Shown: positions 19,608 through 30,244, counted from the first letter of the stretch. The stretch is 64,000 nt of DNA from Bacteroidales bacterium (GCA_023228145.1 JALOBU010000005.1:5573-69572); one strand, 5' to 3'. Notes: a model not told the origin generated them from the sequence alone. Made by a program: numbers and translations.

Positions 19608-20648
19608 ATGAAATTTAAAGTCGGTGATAAAGTTAAGTTTTTAAATGAAAAGGGTGGTGGAATTGTAAGTAAAATTATCAGCAATACTTTAGTTCATGTA
19701 GCCGTGAGTGATGGTTTTGAAATACCGGTGATGGTAAATGAACTAATATTAATAAATAGCAATACCGCCGCACAAAAATATTTCGACAACGAGCCTGATT
19801 TACCCCCGGCAAATATTTCAGACACTTCATCACAAAACTTTAACACGCCCGAACCTGCAAGGAAACCTTATGATATTCCCGCTGGAATTTATATTTGCAT
19901 TGTTCCGCTCGACCAACGCCTGCTGATTGCCGGTGATGCCGAAATATGGCTTATCAACAACACCGGTTTTGATATGATATATGCATTATTTCTGAAAGAC
20001 ATAAACGGGTACCTGGGAAATGATTACGGGAGCATTCCTGCATTCAGCAAAACCAACATTCAACTGGCCGACAGGGAACAAACGGAATATTACACCAATG
20101 GAGTATTACAGCTGTTGTTTTTCAGCGATTTTATCGAAAATATTGCAGCTCCGGTAAACAAAGAATATAAATTTAAAGCTGTAAAATTGCTAAAAGAAGA
20201 CAACTATATCGAAAATTCCGTTTTTAACAAAAAAGCTTTTATATATAAAATTTACGAGCTACCCGCAACTGACTCCAAAGATGTTGAAAAGCCCGCTTCC
20301 ATTACTGATGTCCAGCTTAAAAGGGATTCACTGATACACAAACATAAAATAGAAGACGGCTTTGCAGAAGTGGACTTGCACATAGAAACCTTGTGCGAAG
20401 AACATGTATCCCTTTCTAAACACGAAAAGATGCAGGTACAACTTGATTATTTTACACGCTGCTTAGAGAATGCAATATCTGAAAATTATGAACGGGTAAT
20501 TTTCATTCATGGAGTGGGTGCAGGAGTATTAAAACTGGAAATCACAAAAATTCTCGAACAGTATTCTTTCCTGGAATATTTTGATGCCAGCATTGCCAGA
20601 TATGGCATTGGGGCTACAGAAGTTTTGATTTATAAGAAAAATAAGTGA
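19608..20648 (+). CDS. Smr-domain protein (DUF2027-type N-terminal region + C-terminal Smr)
   Basis: 346 aa. The C-terminal Smr motifs are EVDLHIE ... VIFIHGVGAGVLK. The N-terminus is KOW/SH3-like (FKVGDKVKFLNEKGGGIV). Confidence 0.85.
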   Translation: MKFKVGDKVKFLNEKGGGIVSKIISNTLVHVAVSDGFEIPVMVNELILINSNTAAQKYFDNEPDLPPANISDTSSQNFNTPEPARKPYDIPAGIYICIVPLDQRLLIAGDAEIWLINNTGFDMIYALFLKDINGYLGNDYGSIPAFSKTNIQLADREQTEYYTNGVLQLLFFSDFIENIAAPVNKEYKFKAVKLLKEDNYIENSVFNKKAFIYKIYELPATDSKDVEKPASITDVQLKRDSLIHKHKIEDGFAEVDLHIETLCEEHVSLSKHEKMQVQLDYFTRCLENAISENYERVIFIHGVGAGVLKLEITKILEQYSFLEYFDASIARYGIGATEVLIYKKNK

Positions 20649-20712
20649 ATTATTATTTTTAACATAATAGGAAAAACCAGAGAAATTTTTAATAGTAAAA
20701 CTGAATATTTTT

Positions 20713-21924
20713 ATGCGGTTTTTATTATTTGTTTTTTTTATCGGCGTTAGCTATTGTTTTGCACAATCAGTAAAGGACACTAACCATATAAATTATATTG
20801 AAACCCATGAGCAATTTATTCCCTGTTTGCAATCAACACATCCGCTTGGGGTTTTTATTTCAAGGGTTCAACATAATTTCCAAAAGGAAGCGGCAAAAAA
20901 AATATCCTTTAGCTTTAATGTATCCAGCGGAAATGTATGGTTACCCTATGTGAAAGCCTACAAACCGGTTAATGAATCTGACAAAGATGTGTTAAGCTCT
21001 TATGTCTGGCATGAGCGAGAAACTTATTTTGATGAACTAAATACTCCTGCGCGTACCATTGAATTTATTGCCGACGGTGTTATCAGGCTTTACCAGCTTG
21101 AACTTAATATTCCTTTATCTGCAAATCAGGAACTCAAAATCAACTCACGAGCCATTTCGCTTGACCCCGGCAAACCGCCCTTTTCACTCCTGACCAGCGA
21201 TCAGTTTATTGAATGGTTTCACAGCAATATCGCCGGCGGCGAAGACCCCTTTGGCCGAAAAGTACATGGACTAAACAGAACAGATTTTTTTTATAAAGAT
21301 GAAAACGGAAAAACACTGAAAATTAAAAACGGTGATCTTGTTCTTACAGGCATTGATATATCATATTATTACTATCCTCGTTTTAATGTATTACAAAAAA
21401 AAGGTTTTTACACAAATTTCGGAATTCAACTTGGCGCAAACTTAAGCCCAGCAAATCCTTCCATGGATATAGGAATCAATTCTTCTCTGATGAAACAATT
21501 CAAACTTCGAAAAAAAAATGATATTCATATTGGGTTAAGTGCGGGGGCACTTCTACAGAAAGTTCTTAAAACAGGCGAAGGAGTTCTTTTAAGCAACAAC
21601 AATTTTATATTTACAGCTGAATTATTTCTGAGCTATCGCAAACAAATCGGCACTAAGAGCAGCATATCCATTACCACCACATACTTTTTGCAAAGCCCTT
21701 ATAACAAGAGAAAAGACTTTGAATACATAGTTTTGACCGGCGACAGAATACGCCCGCACTGGCATTATGCCCTATCACATCTTTACAGGATGCTTACCTG
21801 TCATAACTTTATCATTTCTTATTCACGGGGAGCATACTCTATAGCTGTTTATCTTAGGGAAGACCTGTATGTGGATAATGCACCGGATTCACAAACCGGG
21901 ATAGCATTTCATATTGCTTTTTGA
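20713..21924 (+). CDS. Putative outer-membrane beta-barrel protein, unknown family
   Basis: 403 aa with signal peptide MRFLLFVFFIGVSYCFAQ. The C-terminal half has alternating-hydrophobic strands and the protein ends in a terminal Phe (GIAFHIAF). Confidence 0.65.
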   Translation: MRFLLFVFFIGVSYCFAQSVKDTNHINYIETHEQFIPCLQSTHPLGVFISRVQHNFQKEAAKKISFSFNVSSGNVWLPYVKAYKPVNESDKDVLSSYVWHERETYFDELNTPARTIEFIADGVIRLYQLELNIPLSANQELKINSRAISLDPGKPPFSLLTSDQFIEWFHSNIAGGEDPFGRKVHGLNRTDFFYKDENGKTLKIKNGDLVLTGIDISYYYYPRFNVLQKKGFYTNFGIQLGANLSPANPSMDIGINSSLMKQFKLRKKNDIHIGLSAGALLQKVLKTGEGVLLSNNNFIFTAELFLSYRKQIGTKSSISITTTYFLQSPYNKRKDFEYIVLTGDRIRPHWHYALSHLYRMLTCHNFIISYSRGAYSIAVYLREDLYVDNAPDSQTGIAFHIAF

Positions 21925-21940
21925 TTTTACCAGATTATTT

Positions 21941-22972
21941 TCAGAAATACAGATAATGAAATTTAAACTGTCCTTTGGTATTATATTCAAGGGTTGGAAA
22001 AGGTACCTTTAAAACATTGACTGCAAGCAATAATGCACGTACCCATTTTTTATTTGTTTTCACTTGAGCAAAGTCCACATCAAAAGAGAGATAAAACTGC
22101 CGGTAACGCTCAAAATGCGGCAATGCTTCCCCTTTTTCGTTGAAATCAGGGTTGTGAAAACCACCCAGCATCCCTTCTGCTCCATAGCCTACTGAAATAC
22201 ACAACCATTTTGGAATTTTCGGCTGATTGGGAAACATAAGCCCGGAACTTACCGAAAGCCATTGAGTCTGCCCGTTATAATCTTTCAATATCCTTTCAAT
22301 GACATTTCCACCAAGAACATCCGGCCTGTATTTTGCAAAATCAGTATGGTGGTAAGACATTTTAAGCTTCAGGCTACGATCACCTAAAAAGATTTCCTGT
22401 GAAACAAAAATGGCTGTACCGAGGAGGTTTGCCGTCATATCAGCCACTGAAAACCCCCAGTGCTCTGAACAGCCGTCAAGAATTTCTATGGTAGTCATAT
22501 AAGCAAAACTAAGAGCACCCCCATACAATGCAGCCTTTCTTTTTTCAATTCCTGACCAACGAAAAGGATAATAACAGAAAGAGGATAAAAAACCGGCAGC
22601 TTTCATATGTGCCAATTTGTCCATCTGCATCCACTCACGGCTGTCATTAAAAAAATGAAAAGACGATCTTGGGTAATTTTTGTACCACAAATCATTCAAA
22701 CCATATATTGATGCCGCATAAAGCGCTCCATCAATAGAAAGAACAGTAGCCAAACGCTTTTTGTTTAATTCATCCGGGTACCTGAAGAATGAATTTTCAC
22801 CTTTACCCTGATGCAAACTTTCAAAACGATGGTTCATGTTGTCCAGAGTAATTGTTGTATGAGCAAAACCGGCATTCATATTTTGTTCCAAAGCAGGGGC
22901 CTGCGACAAAACATTATCCTTCATTAAAAAAAGTAATTGAATTACAATCAATATAAAATATTTGTTTTGCAA
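21941..22972 (-). CDS. DUF2279-like envelope protein
   Basis: 343 aa with a signal peptide. The motif WYKNYPRSSFHFFNDSREWMQMDKLAHM matches what I remember of the DUF2279 signature (W..y....F.ffnD..eW..mDK.gH). It ends in a terminal aromatic (HYLYF). Confidence 0.65.
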   Translation of the reverse strand: MQNKYFILIVIQLLFLMKDNVLSQAPALEQNMNAGFAHTTITLDNMNHRFESLHQGKGENSFFRYPDELNKKRLATVLSIDGALYAASIYGLNDLWYKNYPRSSFHFFNDSREWMQMDKLAHMKAAGFLSSFCYYPFRWSGIEKRKAALYGGALSFAYMTTIEILDGCSEHWGFSVADMTANLLGTAIFVSQEIFLGDRSLKLKMSYHHTDFAKYRPDVLGGNVIERILKDYNGQTQWLSVSSGLMFPNQPKIPKWLCISVGYGAEGMLGGFHNPDFNEKGEALPHFERYRQFYLSFDVDFAQVKTNKKWVRALLLAVNVLKVPFPTLEYNTKGQFKFHYLYF

Positions 22973-22974
22973 AG

Positions 22975-24315
22975 TCAGATGCTATAAGGTTTTAGTATGG
23001 CATTTGTTTTCTCAATTATACTTTTGAGCAATTCCTTATTATCGGCTTCAGCAATAAATCTCAGATAAGGCTCTGTGTTGGATGGACGCACATTAAACCA
23101 CCAGTGTCTGAAATCAGCACGGTATCCGTCAAAGTCATAAAATGTCAGTGGTTTTTCATTTTCTGTAAAATGCTTCAGCAGAGCATCCATAGCATCTTTT
23201 TTCTGTTTAATTGTATAATTCAATTCTCCGGAGCTATGGTAAGCAGAAATATTTCTAATCAGTTGAGAAAAAGTCACTCCATTATCTTTCATATGCGAAA
23301 GCACATCCAATACTATCATACATGCGAGTATGCCGGAATCTGAATAAAAAAAATCCCGGAAATAATAATGCCCTGCATACTCTCCGCCAAAAAGTCCATT
23401 TATCTCTTTCAGCTTCGGGGCAGCATAAGCACGACCGACGCGCCACATAGCAATGCTATATCCCAGTTTGGAAATATATTCTCCGACAGCTTTTGAACTG
23501 CGTATATCCTGCAGCACCACACCTTTTTCTCTTTTAGCAAAATAATGTGCTATTACAGCAATAATAAGGTCGGGAGAAATAAACTGCCCTTTCTCATCCA
23601 CAAACATTACCCTGTCGGCATCGCCATCAAATATTACACCCAGGTCATTTTTAAGGGCTATCACATCTTTTTTTAGTGAAACAACGTTTTCTGGTTCTAG
23701 TGGATTGGCTTCATGGTTTGGAAAAGTGCCGTCAGGTACAAAAAAGAGATAGTGAGGCTTCTCACCAAGAAGTTCTTTAATAAATAAGGAAGCCATGCCG
23801 TTTGAACAATCTATGCTTATATTAAGGTTGTTGATATCCGGCACAAATGGTTTCAAAAAATCAATATACTCTTTATGCTTGCTGAAAGAAATAATTTTCC
23901 CTTTGTGGTGCTGCCTTGAGGATAAATCTTGCTGAACATACCTTTCCAATTCTTTCAATCCTGTATCATAGCCAACAGGAAGTGCATTTTCTTTGGAAAT
24001 CTTCAGGCCATTGTATTCTTTAGCATTGTGAGAGGCTGTAATCTGCACGGAAGCCTGAAAACTATATTTTGCTGTTGCCCAATAAACATAGGGCGTTGTA
24101 GCCAATCCAAGGTCATATACATCGGCACCGGCATCTGTAATACCTGCGGCCAGAGTTTCAAAAATCTCCGGAGAAGAAGTTCTCACATCACGTCCAACAA
24201 GTATCCTTGAAGTTTTTAGTAATGCCGGAAGATAAAAACCAATTTTGTAAACATCATCCTTATTGAAATCTGTATTGTATATACCCCTGATGTCGTATGC
24301 CTTGAAAGCGTCCAT
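22975..24315 (-). CDS. Alpha-D-phosphohexomutase (phosphomannomutase/phosphoglucomutase type)
   Basis: 446 aa. The active-site loop is ITASHNAKEYNGLK, the Mg site is FDGDADRV, and the sugar-binding loop is GGEYAGH. Confidence 0.9.
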   Translation of the reverse strand: MDAFKAYDIRGIYNTDFNKDDVYKIGFYLPALLKTSRILVGRDVRTSSPEIFETLAAGITDAGADVYDLGLATTPYVYWATAKYSFQASVQITASHNAKEYNGLKISKENALPVGYDTGLKELERYVQQDLSSRQHHKGKIISFSKHKEYIDFLKPFVPDINNLNISIDCSNGMASLFIKELLGEKPHYLFFVPDGTFPNHEANPLEPENVVSLKKDVIALKNDLGVIFDGDADRVMFVDEKGQFISPDLIIAVIAHYFAKREKGVVLQDIRSSKAVGEYISKLGYSIAMWRVGRAYAAPKLKEINGLFGGEYAGHYYFRDFFYSDSGILACMIVLDVLSHMKDNGVTFSQLIRNISAYHSSGELNYTIKQKKDAMDALLKHFTENEKPLTFYDFDGYRADFRHWWFNVRPSNTEPYLRFIAEADNKELLKSIIEKTNAILKPYSI

Positions 24316-24325
24316 TCATTTCATC

Positions 24326-25153
24326 TTAGTTAGGGTCTTTGAGAAAAGACCTTATGTTTTCAAAATATTTGTTTTTGTCTTTAGTAAATGTTTCAGAAAC
24401 ATTAGCTCCTTTGACGATGAATGTTGTGGTGCGGTTTTTCTGAACTTTGCCCAGGTTTTTAACTTCAGTAACCGAATAAACCGGTTCCAGCTCCCCTGCA
24501 ATAAGAAGTACGTTGTAAATGGATGTTCCGAAAGACTCAAGGGCATAATAAGGTTCGAGCATGTATTTGTTATAACCTAATGGCAACAGCACGTCAATAT
24601 TCGCAAAATCTTTCAGGTTCTTTTTGATACCTTCCAGTGTAGAATATGGCGAATCCGCAATAATCTGCCAGATATCCTTGCGGTTACACCCTACACCAAT
24701 GGAAAGCCCGGCTCCCATTTCTTTACCCCACAGGTTCACTCTTTTCATCTTTGAATGATATTTTCTTACGTAATCAATAGCTGCATTCAGGTCTTTTTCA
24801 AATTGAGCATAGATATAGAAATTATTGTTAATTGTAAAATCTTCGCTCTCACCATAGCCACGGTAATCATATGTTAGCACGTAATAACCCAATGTTACAA
24901 AATTGCTTGCTATTTCAATCAAATCCGCCATATTGCCATCACCGCTGCCACTTAAAATAACCATCTTAAATGATTGTTGCTGAGGTTTGTACAACCATCC
25001 TTTCAGTGTGAGGTTGTCAGAAGTGAGTATGGAAACCTCTTCGTAATCCAAACCGAAATCGCCAGGCTTTGCCGTATATGTACGTGAAGGCTTCAAGGCA
25101 TAAGCAGATGAAAAAACCAATAAAACTAAAACTGCAAAAAGAAACTTTTTCAT
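24326..25153 (-). CDS. Secreted alpha/beta-hydrolase-fold protein (nucleophile motif apparently degenerate)
   Basis: 275 aa with a signal peptide. The fold pattern is VILSGSGDGNM ... YDYRGYGES ... VNLWGKEMGAGLS. Glu sits where the GxSxG serine is expected. Confidence 0.8.
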   Translation of the reverse strand: MKKFLFAVLVLLVFSSAYALKPSRTYTAKPGDFGLDYEEVSILTSDNLTLKGWLYKPQQQSFKMVILSGSGDGNMADLIEIASNFVTLGYYVLTYDYRGYGESEDFTINNNFYIYAQFEKDLNAAIDYVRKYHSKMKRVNLWGKEMGAGLSIGVGCNRKDIWQIIADSPYSTLEGIKKNLKDFANIDVLLPLGYNKYMLEPYYALESFGTSIYNVLLIAGELEPVYSVTEVKNLGKVQKNRTTTFIVKGANVSETFTKDKNKYFENIRSFLKDPN

Positions 25154-25333
25154 AATATATCATTTTTGGGTTTGTAAAATTATGCATTTTAAAAATATGT
25201 GGATTGCCGTATGTTTCATTTTTCAAACACATTTATTAACGAAACTCTCCTTTTACCAAAAAAGTGCCAAAGTCAAAAAAAAACAGGGTTTTGTCTTCAC
25301 AACTGAACCAAACTTAATTGCGCTGAAGTTTTA

Positions 25334-26452
25334 TTATTTTTTTATCTTCATCCTGTTGAGTGCTGCATGATATTTTTGTGCATTCTGAGAATGCTGTGCT
25401 CCTGTTTTGGCAAAATTGTGATACCCCGACAAATCTTCCTTCGCACAAAAATACAGATAGTCATGTTTTTCGTAATCCAGTACTTTGTCAATTACGTATG
25501 GTTCCGGTAAACAGATTGGCCCGGGGGGAAGGCCGGCATATTTGTATGTATTATATGGTGAATCGTATAATGTCTGTGATGTAAGGACTCTTCTGATATT
25601 AAAATCGCCAATTGCAAAAATAACAGTTGGGTCCGCTTGCAAGAACATTCCTTTGTTAATTCTGTTCATGTAAACACCCGCAACCCTTGACATTTCATCT
25701 TTTTTTCGCGTTTCCTGATAAACTATGGAAGCCAGAATAACAACTTCATCAGGAGTCAGCCCCATGTGAACCGCTTTTTCCCTGCGGGTTTCATTCCAGA
25801 ATTTCTGGTATTCGTCATACATTCTTTTTATGAATTTATCGGCCTGTGTATTCCAAAAAAAGTCATAAGTATTTGGTATAAAAATGCACATAACATTTTC
25901 TGCCGTCAGGTTGTATTGAGCAAGTGCAGAATCATTATTCATAATTTCCATTAATGAGGAAGAATCCGCTTCCAGCAATTTGCCAACTCTGCCAGCTAAT
26001 TTTTGCTTTATCCGGATATTATTGATGGTAAGATTTATAGGCTCCTGCCTTCCAGAACGTAACAAATTAATCAATTCATTGTTGTTCATATTGTTTTTCA
26101 AGAGGTAGCGCCCCGGTTTCACTTCAAGAGTGTAGTTTTTTTTTCCACAAAGCCATTCAAAAGAATCCATGTCAATAACAACGGAATCCTTGTTTAATAA
26201 AGACTTCACATCATTAAAATCTGAACCAGTGGGTATATACAAATACATGGTTTCCTTGTCTCCAAGGTTCACATTACTGATAAAAATTAATTTATAATAT
26301 TTATAACCTATAATTGCTGCCCCCGAAAATAAGAGCAAAATCAATACAATAAGCCCCCGAAAAAAATTCCTTCGAACACTATTTTTCTTTCGGGATTTTT
26401 TTTCGGTTTTTACAGTTATGTGTTTTTTTTTCTTCTTAACAGGCATAATCAC
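25334..26452 (-). CDS. mltG: Endolytic murein transglycosylase MltG (YceG-like)
   Basis: 372 aa with an N-terminal Lys-rich tail plus a TM helix. The YceG core is ILASIVYQETRKKDEMSRVAGVYMNRINKGMFLQADPTV ... YNTYKYAGLPPGPIC. Its start overlaps the upstream gene's stop by 4 nt. Confidence 0.9.
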   Translation of the reverse strand: MIMPVKKKKKHITVKTEKKSRKKNSVRRNFFRGLIVLILLLFSGAAIIGYKYYKLIFISNVNLGDKETMYLYIPTGSDFNDVKSLLNKDSVVIDMDSFEWLCGKKNYTLEVKPGRYLLKNNMNNNELINLLRSGRQEPINLTINNIRIKQKLAGRVGKLLEADSSSLMEIMNNDSALAQYNLTAENVMCIFIPNTYDFFWNTQADKFIKRMYDEYQKFWNETRREKAVHMGLTPDEVVILASIVYQETRKKDEMSRVAGVYMNRINKGMFLQADPTVIFAIGDFNIRRVLTSQTLYDSPYNTYKYAGLPPGPICLPEPYVIDKVLDYEKHDYLYFCAKEDLSGYHNFAKTGAQHSQNAQKYHAALNRMKIKK

Positions 26453-26970
26453 TCGTTAATGAATTGCAACATAAAAACATTTTTCCATATTTGGTTGTGA
26501 CGCAACCAATGTTTTTTCAACCCGATATCCTTATATCCCATCTTTCGAAACAAGGCAAGACTTGTGAGATTATCTTCGGATATGTTGCAATAGAGCTGAT
26601 GTAATCCTAAAGTGTTGAAAACATAATCATGCATCATTTCGAGAGTTGCTTTTGCGTATCCAAGTTTTTGTTTTTCAGGAATTATTATGATACCAATTCC
26701 TGCCCTTAAGTTCACGGCATCTGCATCAAAAAGTTCCACTGTGCCTATTCTCTGTGACTTTTCGGTGTCGTTAGTGGTGATAATCATTCTCAGTTGTTTC
26801 ATGACAAAAAAATCCTGTTCACAACTCAGAATATATTGCTCAATGGCATAACGTGACAAAGGTGTGGTATTTTCGCTTAATGTCCAATTCGCGGTGTCAT
26901 TTTCAAGCTGATACAGAAAATCGATATCCTCGGGTTCGGGTGCCCTAAGGCAAATGCGTTTATCATACAT
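26449..26970 (-). CDS. GNAT-family N-acetyltransferase
   Basis: 173 aa. The motif A-like region is IIIIPEKQKLGYAKATLEMMHDYVFNTLGLHQL, and a RimJ/RimL-like tail follows. Confidence 0.8.
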   Translation of the reverse strand: MYDKRICLRAPEPEDIDFLYQLENDTANWTLSENTTPLSRYAIEQYILSCEQDFFVMKQLRMIITTNDTEKSQRIGTVELFDADAVNLRAGIGIIIIPEKQKLGYAKATLEMMHDYVFNTLGLHQLYCNISEDNLTSLALFRKMGYKDIGLKKHWLRHNQIWKNVFMLQFINE

Positions 26971-26976
26971 AATAAA

Positions 26977-27759
26977 TCAAATTTCTATTTGTCCTGAAAA
27001 AACATGAGTGACAGGTCCTTCAAGCCAAATATCCTTATACGTATTTTCATTTTTTGTAAAACTAACTTTAAGATTCCCCCCTTTAGTTTGAATATTGTAG
27101 GTTGTTCCAATCATAAAGCAAGAGGCTGCAATTGCTGCAGCAGTAACTCCCGTGCCACACGAAAGTGTTTCTTCTTCCACTCCACGCTCATAAGTCCTAA
27201 CATACAAATCGTTATCTCTTATCTCAACAAAATCCACATTGGTGCCCGCAGGAGCAAATAAGCTGCTATAACGAATTTCCCTGCCTTCTTTTTCAAGGTT
27301 AATTTCATCCGCATTACGAACAAAAGCAACATAATGCGGAGAGCCCGTATCCAGAAAATAATAATCAGGGCTTTGCCGTACTTCTGTAACATCATTCATT
27401 CTGAGCCTTACCATTGCTGTGTTTTTTTCCACAAGAATAACTTCTGCATGATGAATTCCGTCAACAGCTTTAAAAATTATTTTTTTATTAATATCAAAAT
27501 GCTGATATGCGTAAGCAGAAATACAACGTCCACCGTTACCACACATGCTCCCCTCATGTCCATCAGAGTTAAAATACCGCATTGAAAAATCATATTCTTG
27601 GGAGTTTCCCAAAAGCAAAAGCCCATCAGCACCAATTCCAAAACGCCTGTCGCATAATAATTTTACGACATCTGTTGCCGGGTCAAATTTTTTGTCTTTG
27701 TTGTTAATAAGGATAAAATCGTTGCCCGTGCCATGAAACTTCTCAAAAACAACCGTCAT
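26977..27759 (-). CDS. dapF: Diaminopimelate epimerase
   Basis: 260 aa. The two catalytic Cys motifs are NSDGHEGSMCGNGGRC and SCGTGVTAAA. Confidence 0.93.
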   Translation of the reverse strand: MTVVFEKFHGTGNDFILINNKDKKFDPATDVVKLLCDRRFGIGADGLLLLGNSQEYDFSMRYFNSDGHEGSMCGNGGRCISAYAYQHFDINKKIIFKAVDGIHHAEVILVEKNTAMVRLRMNDVTEVRQSPDYYFLDTGSPHYVAFVRNADEINLEKEGREIRYSSLFAPAGTNVDFVEIRDNDLYVRTYERGVEEETLSCGTGVTAAAIAASCFMIGTTYNIQTKGGNLKVSFTKNENTYKDIWLEGPVTHVFSGQIEI

Positions 27760-28493
27760 AAAGTACTGAGTGTTTTTATTATGGATTCGTTCCTGACCTG
27801 ATTAAATGGTTTGAAATTATCAGTATAGTCAATGGAGTAATAGTCTTTGTTATACTTGATAAATAATTGGTTATTATGTCCGAGCAGCGACAAATTGTTT
27901 ACTTCGAGCAGACCAAAAACCACCAGTTTATTATCATCCATTTTATATCCCTTGTAATTTAAAGGAGACCTCCAGAATTCAACACGTAACATATCCGGTG
28001 ACTTCCTTTTTGTTTTGTAATTTTCTGTCAGTATTGAATCCAATTCATACTGTTCATTGTCGGAAGGGACTTCACCGATTATATTAACCATTCTTGAGGT
28101 TATCATTTCGTCTTTTGTCACAACGATATTTTCGTGAGAAACCGGTCTGTCATCAAGAGTATCTTTAGTAATTTCGTTATTATATAATTCAATGAGCTCT
28201 TCCACACTTAACTTAGATGTATCGGATTTCAGGCTGTCAATAAATGTGTCAGGGATTTTGAATTTGGCTTTTTGATATTCATATTTCTTCTTTATAAATT
28301 CTTTCTCCTGTTGTTTATCATCATTGTAATCATTTTTGACAATAATATTCTTACTAAACAAATCACTGAAAAAATTATGCTTATCCAATTGCCACCAGAT
28401 GACACCGCCTGCAACAAAAAAACCCAGGATAAGTCCAAGTAAAAGATATATTATTTTATTATCCTTGTAATTCATTCGTGTGGAAAATGACAA
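27756..28493 (-). CDS. Hypothetical membrane-anchored protein
   Basis: 245 aa with a single N-terminal TM helix (IIYLLLGLILGFFVAGGVIWW). Its stop overlaps the dapF start by 4 nt. The real start may be the internal Met at MNYKDNK. Confidence 0.6.
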   Translation of the reverse strand: MSFSTRMNYKDNKIIYLLLGLILGFFVAGGVIWWQLDKHNFFSDLFSKNIIVKNDYNDDKQQEKEFIKKKYEYQKAKFKIPDTFIDSLKSDTSKLSVEELIELYNNEITKDTLDDRPVSHENIVVTKDEMITSRMVNIIGEVPSDNEQYELDSILTENYKTKRKSPDMLRVEFWRSPLNYKGYKMDDNKLVVFGLLEVNNLSLLGHNNQLFIKYNKDYYSIDYTDNFKPFNQVRNESIIKTLSTL

Positions 28494-28648
28494 ATTTTAC
28501 ACAAAGATAATACAAATAAAAAGATTTTGGTTGAACAAATTTTTTACTGAAATTTATACTATATGTGCTCTGAAGGCGTTTTTTTAATGCTAAATATTTA
28601 AAAATTAGGTATAGAATTTGATAGAAAAAAATTTCAAAATAAAAAGCA

Positions 28649-30097
28649 ATGAAAAGAATAGTAACAACCATCGGAATTGCTCTGGCAACGAGCCTCATAA
28701 CTATTTTGGCTTTCAGGTATGCCGACAATAAAAACCAAAATATACAGACCTATTTTAAAAATCAGTTGCCTGCTTATCCGGCATCATTCAGTCATGCGTC
28801 TTTCTCAACAAACCCTGATTTCACGGCAGCTGCAGAAAAAACAATACACGCCGTGGTTCATATACAGACTCAGTATTACTATAAAAATTCATATTATGAC
28901 CAGTTTTTCGGTTATGACCCGTTTTTTAACTTTTTCAACCAGCGGCGTTATAACAACACACCCATTGAAACTATGGGTTCAGGTGTTTTAATTTCTGAAA
29001 ACGGGTACATCGTTACCAATAATCATGTTGTAAATGAAGCTACTAAAATAATGGTCACATTAAATGATAAAAGAACTTATGAAGCAAAAATTATTGGCAC
29101 TGATGCCGGGACTGATCTGGCTTTAATTAAAATTGAAGAAAATAATCTGCCCTATATCACCTATGGAAACTCCGATGAAGTTAAAATCGGGGAATGGGTT
29201 CTTGCTGTAGGCAACCCCTTTAACCTGACCTCTACCGTAACAGCAGGAATTGTCAGTGCCAAGGCAAGAGATATTAATATCTGGGGAGACAAAACTACTG
29301 TTGAATCTTTTATACAAACAGATGCAGCCATTAATCCGGGGAACAGCGGCGGGGCACTGGTAAATACCACTGGCGAACTTATAGGTATCAATGCAGCCAT
29401 TGCCAGCAATACAGGTTCGTTCACAGGGTACTCTTTCGCTATACCTTCAAATATCGTTCGCAAAATCATTGCAGACATTATGGAATTCGGTCAAGTGCAA
29501 CGGGCATTTATGGGACTCAGTTTTACTGACCTCGACAATAAGCTGGCAGAAGCAAAAAAACTTAAGGATTTAAACGGTCTTTATGTGCAATCCATTTACG
29601 AAGGCGGCTCCGCAGAAATTGCAGGCATTAAACAGGGCGATGTGATTGTTAAAGTCAACGGGAATAACATCCACAGTTCATCCGAAATGAAAGAAATTTT
29701 AATCCGCCAAAGGCCGGGAGACAAAATTGATGTTACCGTGCTTCGGGAAAATGAAGAAAAAAATTTCACTCTAACACTTCAAAACAGGGAGGGAGGCACT
29801 GCCATCCTCAATAAAAGTGCTGAAAGCCAAAATGTTTTCGGGGCAACGCTTACTGAGATTGATGAAAACACTAAAACCCGCCTTGGAATAAATAACGGAG
29901 TTAAAATAAGCAAATTAGAACGCGGAAAATTATCTAATGCAGGAATTAAGGAAGGGTTTATTATTACGCGCATTGATAATAAAACAATGAAAACGGTGAA
30001 CGATGTAACCAATATTCTCTCAAGCAAACAAGGAGCCGTGTTAATTGAAGGCATTTATTCAAATGGGATGCAGGCATATTTTGCCTTTGCACTGTAA
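28649..30097 (+). CDS. htrA: HtrA/DegP/DegQ-family periplasmic serine endoprotease with two PDZ domains
   Basis: 482 aa. The catalytic triad context is TNNHVV, DLALIKI and GNSGGALVN. Two PDZ-like segments are present (GLYVQSIYEGGSAEIAGIKQGDVIVKVNG; GVKISKLERGKLSNAGIKEGFIITRIDN). Confidence 0.92.
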   Translation: MKRIVTTIGIALATSLITILAFRYADNKNQNIQTYFKNQLPAYPASFSHASFSTNPDFTAAAEKTIHAVVHIQTQYYYKNSYYDQFFGYDPFFNFFNQRRYNNTPIETMGSGVLISENGYIVTNNHVVNEATKIMVTLNDKRTYEAKIIGTDAGTDLALIKIEENNLPYITYGNSDEVKIGEWVLAVGNPFNLTSTVTAGIVSAKARDINIWGDKTTVESFIQTDAAINPGNSGGALVNTTGELIGINAAIASNTGSFTGYSFAIPSNIVRKIIADIMEFGQVQRAFMGLSFTDLDNKLAEAKKLKDLNGLYVQSIYEGGSAEIAGIKQGDVIVKVNGNNIHSSSEMKEILIRQRPGDKIDVTVLRENEEKNFTLTLQNREGGTAILNKSAESQNVFGATLTEIDENTKTRLGINNGVKISKLERGKLSNAGIKEGFIITRIDNKTMKTVNDVTNILSSKQGAVLIEGIYSNGMQAYFAFAL

Positions 30098-30172
30098 CAA
30101 TAAATGTTTCAATTCGTAAACAGTCATTTATAAGACATTATAAAAAGATTTGGTGGTTACAGAAAAAAGTTG

Positions 30173-30180
30173 TACCTTTG
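30173..30180 (+). promoter_or_regulatory. TAnnTTTG -7 box for rpoD
   Basis: tacctttg lies 65 nt upstream of the ATG at 30245. Confidence 0.45.
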
Positions 30181-30244
30181 TACCCGTTTCCCATCAAAAT
30201 TAAATTACTGAAAATCAATTATTTACAAGAAAGGTTTCTGTTAA

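Noticed and set aside
28459-28728. 89-aa minus-strand ORF overlapping the htrA start region
   Set aside because: It overlaps both the 5' end of the HtrA-family gene and the divergent promoter region. Its sequence is hydrophobic and low-complexity, and it is unlikely to be real.
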